From positions 484,625 through 548,624 of the forward strand of contig CAWANI010000009.1 in NCBI GenBank assembly GCA_963783365.1: a DNA stretch of 64,000 bases, written 5' to 3'. The position numbers and the translations under genes are program-made. The first letter of the stretch is position 1. Each line of letters opens with the position of its first letter. Of this stretch, positions 57,628-64,000 are shown in pieces. The DNA is from an uncultured delta proteobacterium (GTDB taxonomy: Bacteria > Desulfobacterota > Desulfuromonadia > Desulfuromonadales > CAWANI01). Below the pieces are notes generated by a model. The model made no database searches, was not told the origin of the DNA, and saw nothing but the letters and a program-made list of their open reading frames with translations.

Positions 57628-59637
57628 ATGATGCGAGATCCCCTGTTCGAGCCGATTCTTCTTGGCGGCATGGAGGTGAAAAACCGGATTTTCATGCCGG
57701 CCATGCACCTGAACATGTGTCGCAACTACCAGGTGACCGACCGGCTGATGGCCTTTTATGCCGAGCGGGCCCGGGGAGGCGCGGGGATGATCACCGTGGG
57801 CTATGCCTCGGTCGACGAACTCTCAGCCAATCCGATGCACATCGGCGCCCACCGGGACGCCTTCGTTCCGGGGCTCTCCCGGCTGGCCGCCGCCATCCAC
57901 GAGGGGGGCGCCCGGGCCGCCGTGCAGCTCAACCACGCCGGGCGCTACAACCATTCGATGCTGACCGGCGGCCGCAAACCGGTCGCCCCCTCCCCCATCG
58001 CCTCGCGACTGACCGGCGAGACCCCCAGGGAGCTGGCGGTCGAGGAGATCCGGGAGATCGTCGAGCGCTTCGCCCAGGCGGCGGGCCGAGTCCGGGAGGC
58101 CGGGTTCGATGCGGTCGAGATTCTCGCCGGTACCGGCTACTTGATCAGCGAATTCCTCTCGCCGGTGACCAACCGGCGCAGCGACGCCTACGGCGGCTCT
58201 CCGGAAAACCGGATGCGCTTCGGCCTGGAGGTGCTCGCGGCGGTGCGATGCGCCGTCGGCGAGAAGTTTCCGGTGGTCTTTCGGATCAACGGCAACGACT
58301 TCATGCCGGGAGGAATCGGCAGAAAAGAGCTGCAGCTCTTCGCCGAGCAGCTGGATGCGGGGGGCGTGGACGCCCTGTGCGTCAACGTCGGCTGGCATGA
58401 GGCCGCCGTGCCGCAGATCGTAACCAAGGTCCCCCGCGGGGTGTTCGCCTACCTGGCTCAAGGCGTCAAAGAGCGGGTCGGCGTACCGGTGATCGCCAGT
58501 CACCGGATCAACGATCCTGCGACGGCCCGGCAGATGCTCGCCGCCGGCCGGTGCGACGGGGTAGCGATGGGACGGGCGCTTATCGCCGATCCCTCCCTGC
58601 CGGAAAAGGCCCGTACCGGTCGGGAGTCGGCGATCGTCCACTGCGTCGCCTGCGCTCAGGGGTGTTTCGACAACCTGTTCAAGATGAAGGCGGTCGAGTG
58701 TCTCTGCAACCCCCGGGCGGGGTACGAGTTGAAGACCGGCGCGGCGAAGGCGCAAAACCCCCTCGACCTGCTGGTGGTCGGCGGCGGCGCCGCCGGCATG
58801 AGCGCCGCCCTGGCCGCGGCCGAGGCGGGCCACCGGGTGACCCTGTGCGAACAGAGCGGCCGGCTCGGCGGCCAGCTGCACCTGGCCGGCGCTCCCCCGG
58901 GGCGCGAGGAGTTCGCAGAGTTGGCGGGGGATCTGGCCCGGCAGGTAACGACCTCGGGGATCAAGGTGATTTTCAACCGCACCGTCGACGAGGAGACTCT
59001 TGAAGAACTTCGTCCCGACGCGGTGATCCTGGCGACCGGAGGCGCTCCCGTTGTACCACCGATTAGCGGCGTCGATCAGCCCCACGTGGTCCAGGCCTGG
59101 GATGTCCTCGCCGGTCGGGCGCCTGCCGGAAAAAAGGTGGTGATCATCGGCGGCGGGGCCGTCGGAGTCGAGACCGCCCTGGCCCTGGCCGAGGAAGGGA
59201 CCCTCTCGGCCGACGCCCTCAAATTCCTGCTGGTGCACGGTGCCGAGGCCCCACAGGACCTGTTGGAGCTGGCGGTGCGGGGGTACCGGGAGATCGTTTT
59301 GGTGGAAATGCTCAAGGAGGTCGGCGGCAATTTCGGCAAGACCACCCGCTGGGGGATGATGCAGGATGTCAAGCGCTTCGGCGTCCGCATCCTCACCTCC
59401 GCCCGGGTTCTGGAAATTACTCCGAAGGGGGTTCGGCTGGAACGGGAAGAAAGGGTCGAGGAGATCCCGGCCGAGACGGTGGTCCTGGCCGTGGGGACGC
59501 GATCCCACGACCCGCTGAAGGAGCTCCTGGTGAGAAAAGGGATCCCCTTTCGAACTGCCGGCGACGCCGAACGGGTCGCCCTCGCCTTCGACGCCGTCCA
59601 CCAGGGCTTCGCCGCCGGGCGGGAGATCGGGCGGTGA
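57628..59637 (+). CDS. fadH: 2,4-dienoyl-CoA reductase (OYE plus FAD domain)
   Basis: KNRIFMPAMH, FYAERARGG, GYLISEFLSP.TN.R.D.YGG, VGWHE, CVACAQGC, C..NP. Confidence 0.85.
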   Translation: MMRDPLFEPILLGGMEVKNRIFMPAMHLNMCRNYQVTDRLMAFYAERARGGAGMITVGYASVDELSANPMHIGAHRDAFVPGLSRLAAAIHEGGARAAVQLNHAGRYNHSMLTGGRKPVAPSPIASRLTGETPRELAVEEIREIVERFAQAAGRVREAGFDAVEILAGTGYLISEFLSPVTNRRSDAYGGSPENRMRFGLEVLAAVRCAVGEKFPVVFRINGNDFMPGGIGRKELQLFAEQLDAGGVDALCVNVGWHEAAVPQIVTKVPRGVFAYLAQGVKERVGVPVIASHRINDPATARQMLAAGRCDGVAMGRALIADPSLPEKARTGRESAIVHCVACAQGCFDNLFKMKAVECLCNPRAGYELKTGAAKAQNPLDLLVVGGGAAGMSAALAAAEAGHRVTLCEQSGRLGGQLHLAGAPPGREEFAELAGDLARQVTTSGIKVIFNRTVDEETLEELRPDAVILATGGAPVVPPISGVDQPHVVQAWDVLAGRAPAGKKVVIIGGGAVGVETALALAEEGTLSADALKFLLVHGAEAPQDLLELAVRGYREIVLVEMLKEVGGNFGKTTRWGMMQDVKRFGVRILTSARVLEITPKGVRLEREERVEEIPAETVVLAVGTRSHDPLKELLVRKGIPFRTAGDAERVALAFDAVHQGFAAGREIGR

Positions 59638-59664
59638 CATCCTGAGAATAGAGCAATGCGTTTC

Positions 59665-59757
59665 AACGCAGAGAACGCAGAGGAGGTAAAGTCGCAAAAA
59701 ACAGGGAATTTATTGAAATAATAATGATTTTCTTCGCGACCTTCGCGTCTTTGCGGT
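59665..59757. repeat. Degenerate 9-mer-unit inverted repeat (CGCAGAG/CGCAAAG type)
   Basis: AACGCAGAGAACGCAGAG...GTCGCAAA ... TTCGCGACCTTCGCGTCTTTGCGGT. Confidence 0.55.
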
Positions 59758-59815
59758 AAATAACTGGTTTTGTGGAATACGTTCTTATGAGCCGTCGATC
59801 CAAAGAGGTGATCCC

Positions 59816-60373
59816 ATGAAAAAGCTGCTCGTCCTCATTCCCCTGCTGCTCTTTGCCGTCAACGTCCAGGCCAAGGAGGTGGGCGGCATCACCGTGCCGA
59901 AGCAGGTCGCCATCGGCTCTCACACCCTGAATCTGAACGGGTACGGCTATCGAACCAAGTGGTTTTTCAAGATCTACCTCGGCTCCCTCTATGCGGTCCA
60001 TCCGATCTCCAGTCTGGCCGACGCCGATCGGGATCCCGGCGACAAGCTGATCCGGATGACGTTCATCTACCACCGGGTCGGAGCGGAAAAGATTGTCGAT
60101 GCCTTCAACGAAGACTTCCAGAACAATACCCCGGGTCTGGCGGGCACCTCCGCGGCGAAGCGCTTTCTCTCCTTCTTCACCACCGATTTTATCAAGGGGG
60201 ATGTCGTCGACCTGGCCCTGGAAGGCTCGGGAACGGTAACCGTCACTAAAAACGGACGAATTCTGGGGAGTGTGACCTCCGTGTCGCTGGAGAAGGGGAT
60301 TCTGGCCGTTTACCTGGGGAAGGAACCGGCCGATGAAGATATGAAAGAAGGGATGCTGGGCCGCAAATCGTAA
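59816..60373 (+). CDS. Periplasmic chalcone-isomerase-fold protein
   Basis: Signal peptide ending VQA; L.LNG.G.R.KWFFKIY.GSLY; LG.EPA...K..MLG. Confidence 0.85.
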   Translation: MKKLLVLIPLLLFAVNVQAKEVGGITVPKQVAIGSHTLNLNGYGYRTKWFFKIYLGSLYAVHPISSLADADRDPGDKLIRMTFIYHRVGAEKIVDAFNEDFQNNTPGLAGTSAAKRFLSFFTTDFIKGDVVDLALEGSGTVTVTKNGRILGSVTSVSLEKGILAVYLGKEPADEDMKEGMLGRKS

Positions 60374-60516
60374 AAGGCGAACACCCGCGCCCCGCCAACG
60401 CCCGATTCTTCCGCCGCCACGCGCCTCCTGCGTGTCACTGTTGGACTGGGGGAAACGCTTCGTTCCCCCCCTTCTTCCGTTACTTCGTGGGAGAAGGGGC
60501 CGAAGAGGAGTCATGA

Positions 60517-61314
60517 ATGAATACTGAGCCTTCAAATCCGCCTATCACGATCGAGCATCGAGACGGTATCCTTCGTCTCACGCTCAATCGACCGGAGAAG
60601 AAAAACGCCCTGAGCCCGGCCATGTACGACACTCTGGCAGAGGCCATCGAAGAGGCCGACCGGGACGACGAGGTGCGAGTCCTGCTCTTCCAGGGGGCGG
60701 GGGACTGCTTTACCAGCGGCAACGATCTGCGGGATTTCGTCGAGGCGCCCCCCGCCGGGGAGGCGAGCCCCGTGTTTCGCTTTCTGATGGCGATCCACCG
60801 GGCGCGAAAACCGCTCGTCGCCGCGGTGCTCGGCTCGGCCGTCGGGGTCGGCACCACCATGCTTCTCCACTGCGACCTGGTCTGTGCCGGAACGGGAGCG
60901 CGCTTTCAGCTCCCCTTCGTCACCCTGGGGCTTTGCCCAGAGGCGGGTTCGAGTTTGCTCCTGCCACGCCTGGCCGGCTACCAGCGGGCCGCCGAATTGC
61001 TCCTGCTGGGAGAACCCTTCGGCGCCGAGCGGGCCAGGGAGATGGGGCTGGTCAACGCCGTCTTTGCCGACGAGGAGCTGGTCGCGGGGGCCTATGCGCT
61101 GGCCCGGAAGCTGGCCCAACAGCCGCCGGCCGCCGTGCGTCTGACCAAGGCCCTGCTCAAAAAGGGAGTGGAGCAGGCCGTCACCGAAGCCATTTCCGAG
61201 GAGGGGCGCCTCTTTCTGGAGCGACTTCGCTCCCCCGAGGCGACGGCGGCACTGGCCGCTTTTTTCCAGCGGCCTCGGCCCGATGGTTCAGGCGAAAGCG
61301 AAAAGAACGGATGA
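60517..61314 (+). CDS. Enoyl-CoA hydratase/isomerase
   Basis: NRPEKKNAL, FTSGNDL, AVGVG.T.LLHCD, LGLCPEAGSS. Confidence 0.92.
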   Translation: MNTEPSNPPITIEHRDGILRLTLNRPEKKNALSPAMYDTLAEAIEEADRDDEVRVLLFQGAGDCFTSGNDLRDFVEAPPAGEASPVFRFLMAIHRARKPLVAAVLGSAVGVGTTMLLHCDLVCAGTGARFQLPFVTLGLCPEAGSSLLLPRLAGYQRAAELLLLGEPFGAERAREMGLVNAVFADEELVAGAYALARKLAQQPPAAVRLTKALLKKGVEQAVTEAISEEGRLFLERLRSPEATAALAAFFQRPRPDGSGESEKNG

Positions 61315-61397
61315 CGTTTTTTTCTTCGAAATTCTGCGTTAATCTGCGGAGGCCGGGTCTTTGATTTCCGCACCCCGAAGCGAATGGAGAGAATTAG

Positions 61398-62574
61398 TTG
61401 GGTCATCACCTCGGCTCCAAAAGCAGCATCGTCCCGCTCATCGACCGGCTCAACCAGTACCCCGTCGGCCTCGTCGACAACGAGGGACTGCGCGAAATCC
61501 TCGACCTGCTCTTCGACGAGACCGAGGCCTTCGTCGCCTCGCGCTTTCCACTCCATGAAGCCACCCTGGCCGAGCTGGTCCGCGCCACCCGGATGTCCGG
61601 CGGCGGACCTTGCGCCGCTCTTGGACCGGATGGCCGACAAGGGGCTGGTCGTGGACGTGCCCTACGGTGAGGAGACCTACTATTTGCTCCTGCCCGGGCT
61701 GATCGGCTTTTTCGAGTTCACCTTCATGAAGAACCGGGTCGACCTGCCGATGGAGAAGGTGGCGCGGCTGATGAGCGACTATCTCCATGCCGACCCGCGG
61801 CAGGCCCAGGCGCGGGAGTTTTTCGGCAGCCGCACCCAATTGACCCGCTCCCTGGTCTACGAGGAGGCGATCCCCGTTTCCTCCCAGATCACCAGCTACG
61901 AGAATGCCCGCGAGATCGTCCGACAGGCCGGCTTCGGCGCCGTCGGCATGTGTTACTGCCGCCACAAAAAAGAGCATCTTGGGGAAACCTGCGGCAAGGG
62001 GGCGCCGGTCGAGGGGATCTGCATCTCCCTCGGCGCCGCGGCCCGCTTCATGACCCGCCGCGGCTTCGCCGAGGAGCGCAGCGCCGCCGAGCTGCTGGCG
62101 ATCCTCGATCGCGCCCGCGAGCTGCGCCTCACCCACATCACCGACAACATCCGCCATAAACCCTCCTTCATCTGCAACTGCTGCTCCTGCTGCTGCGAGC
62201 TTCTCGCCGGAGTGCGGGCCGGTTTCCACGACGGGGTGGCGAAAACCCCCTTCCTGGCAAAGATCGACCCCGTCCTCTGCAGCGGCTGCGGCCTGTGCGT
62301 CGGCGCCTGCAATGCCGCCGCCATCGAACAACCCGGCGCTGAGGCGGGCCAACGGCGGCCCGCCGCGGTCAAAACGGCCGTCTGCCTCGGCTGCGGCGCC
62401 TGCGTCTCGGCCTGCCGGATCGGCGCCCTTACCCTGAGCGAGCGCCCCATACGCCCGCTACCGCCGGAGAAGAAGAAAGATCTTTTCGTCGCCATGCTGA
62501 AGGAAAAGGGGCGGCTGCGGCCGTATAGGGTGGCGGGTGTAAAGCGCAAGCTGCGGCGGCTGTGGCCGGGGTGA
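61398..62574 (+). CDS. 4Fe-4S dicluster-domain protein (frameshift near 61600)
   Basis: CYCR, ICNCCSCCC, CSGCGLCVGAC, CLGCGACVSAC; TTG start after GGAGAG. Confidence 0.85.
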
Positions 62575-62698
62575 AGGTAAAGAGGGCACGGCCCTCGACT
62601 TGAAAGGCTTGCCCGAAAATAAGGTGTGATTCCCCTTTCGTTTTTGCTATAAAGGGTAAAAAGGAGGGGGAATGGGAAAACTTCCATAAATTCGATCC

Positions 62699-62744
62699 AA
62701 AGGCGTCCAGGGAACCAGAGTTTCCCGGGACGCCTTTTTGTTTT
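62699..62744 (+). terminator. Intrinsic terminator after the fad cluster
   Basis: AAAGGCGTCC..GGGAA...TTCCC.GGACGCCTTTTT. Confidence 0.65.
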
Positions 62745-62830
62745 GGGCGTTGGGGAAGAAAACGGTGGGGCGGGCAACGGCTCGAATCGATGAGGAAGAG
62801 GCGTGCGTGATTCACAGCAGAAAGGGCAAA

Positions 62831-63360
62831 ATGTTGAGGAAGAACAATTTGCCCCCCACCGACAGTTAGGTGGTCATCGACGTGGAGACCACGGGGCTCT
62901 CCCCCGGCGCGACCGGGTGATCGAGATCGGCGCCGTGGCCGGGAAGGGGGGGCGCATCATCGAGGAATTCCACCGCCTCATCGACCCCGGCAGGCCGGTC
63001 CCCCGCCAGGCGCAGCGCATCCACCACATCAGCGACGCCATGCTGCGCGGCCAGCCTCCTGCCCGGGAGGTGTTCCCCGAGCTGCACCGCTTTCTCGGCG
63101 CCAGCCTCCTGGTGGCCCACAACGCCCGCTTCGACCTCGCCTTTCTGCGCAGCGAGTTGGCCCGCCTCGGGCTGGGGCTGAGCAACCCCCATCGCTGCAC
63201 CTTGCAGCTCAGCCGCCGCGCCTGGCCGCAGCTTCCCAACCACCGCCTGGAGACCGTGGCCGGCACCTGTTCGGCGAAGCGGGCGGCAGGGGAGGGGCTG
63301 CACCGGGCGCTGGCCGATGCGCGGTTGACGGCGCGGGTTTGGTTGGCGTTGAATGCGTAG
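62831..63360 (+). CDS. DEDDh 3'-5' exonuclease (DnaQ-like; 5' frameshifts)
   Basis: VVIDVETTG, RVIEIGAV, VAHNARFD, HRALADA. Confidence 0.85.
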
Positions 63361-64000
63361 GGCCAAGATGAAATAGAATCCTCGGCACCCCCATTGCTGA
63401 TCCATCCGCCTGGCCCGCCCGGGTCCCAAAACAGGACCCTTTACCCGCGCGGAAACGCTGAACTCATATGGGGGTCTCCACACAAGCCTAGTTGTTTGTT
63501 TGAAAATGTCCTGTGACTTATTCTGTCACCGTGAGCAGATCCAATATTGGCTATTTCAATTTATGGGCTTAGGATGAGACCCCGTCAATGGGAGATCCCA
63601 TTTGCGGATATATTCCAACAGGTAGGGCGATTCAGGCGCGGGTTTTCGGTTAAGGCTTGTCGGGGGAGATGATCTGCCTGAGAGGATGGGCTGGGGACGC
63701 TGATCCGGCACGGGAAGGAGCAAGACGGGGGACTGACGAGTGATTTCCGGTATTTGGGGAAAACACCTGTGAGGGTGGTCGTTACCACCTGCTGCTGTAT
63801 CACTGTTCGGACGCGGCAGCGGCAGTCGCCGCAGGCTGGACGTAAGCCTTACTATTCCTGCGTAGCTTCTCGTTGAAACGGTGACGAAGATCAAACGCGG
63901 GCATGGGTGCTGTTCTTCTGTGCATTACACTATTATGGAAAGTTTGATCTTCGTTTCAACGGAACAACACTTCCCCGCCTTCAACGCCCTTGACCCGACA

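Noticed and set aside
57823-59697. Long antisense ORFs (also 18347-20026, 20637-22313, 40082-41539)
   Set aside because: Shadow frames of high-GC3 genes with no recognisable motifs
63872-63960. GTTGAAAC/GTTTCAAC as a CRISPR repeat or attC site
   Set aside because: Only two inverted copies, no spacer periodicity, and the core-site order is opposite to attC

Overview
A GC-rich chromosomal window, probably from a Desulfuromonadales-type deltaproteobacterium (inferred from gene content and intergenic repeat style). Many conserved genes are broken by scattered 1-bp indels (uvrA, mfd, nadA, pdxA, cfa, fad genes), which looks like long-read consensus error rather than decay. Layout: (1) 0-3.5 kb: TRAP permease end, USP, BON protein, M23 peptidase. 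(2) 3.9-12.1 kb: patchwork redox/accessory region with a Tat-signal superoxide reductase, an unannotated 49-codon membrane ORF with in-frame TGA and SECIS-like hairpin (candidate new selenoprotein), a DedA/TVP38-flavoprotein disulfide reductase fusion behind a NemR-like TetR, gene remnants, asnB, a DUF2325-like/Rieske chimera with TGA at an Fe-ligand Cys behind Fur-like boxes, and IS debris. (3) 12-35.6 kb: housekeeping (cls, rubrerythrin, trkAH, nadA-mfd-PPIase-surA-pdxA-uvrA, tatBC, adenosyltransferase, ABC pair, TauE, dodecin, cfa, trmJ). (4) 35.7-46.4 kb: tandem GAF protein, ercA coupled to a PAS-GGDEF-EAL protein, mntH-USP, a cysteine desulfurase with two small paralogues, hemL. (5) 47-62.6 kb: long-chain fatty-acid degradation cluster (fadL, fadD, fadN, fadA, fadE, MBL hydrolase, fadH, chalcone-isomerase-fold protein, enoyl-CoA hydratase, Fe-S protein) with two LiuR-like operator/promoters. 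No rRNA, tRNA or CRISPR array was seen. All family assignments are by motif recognition only; no searches were run.
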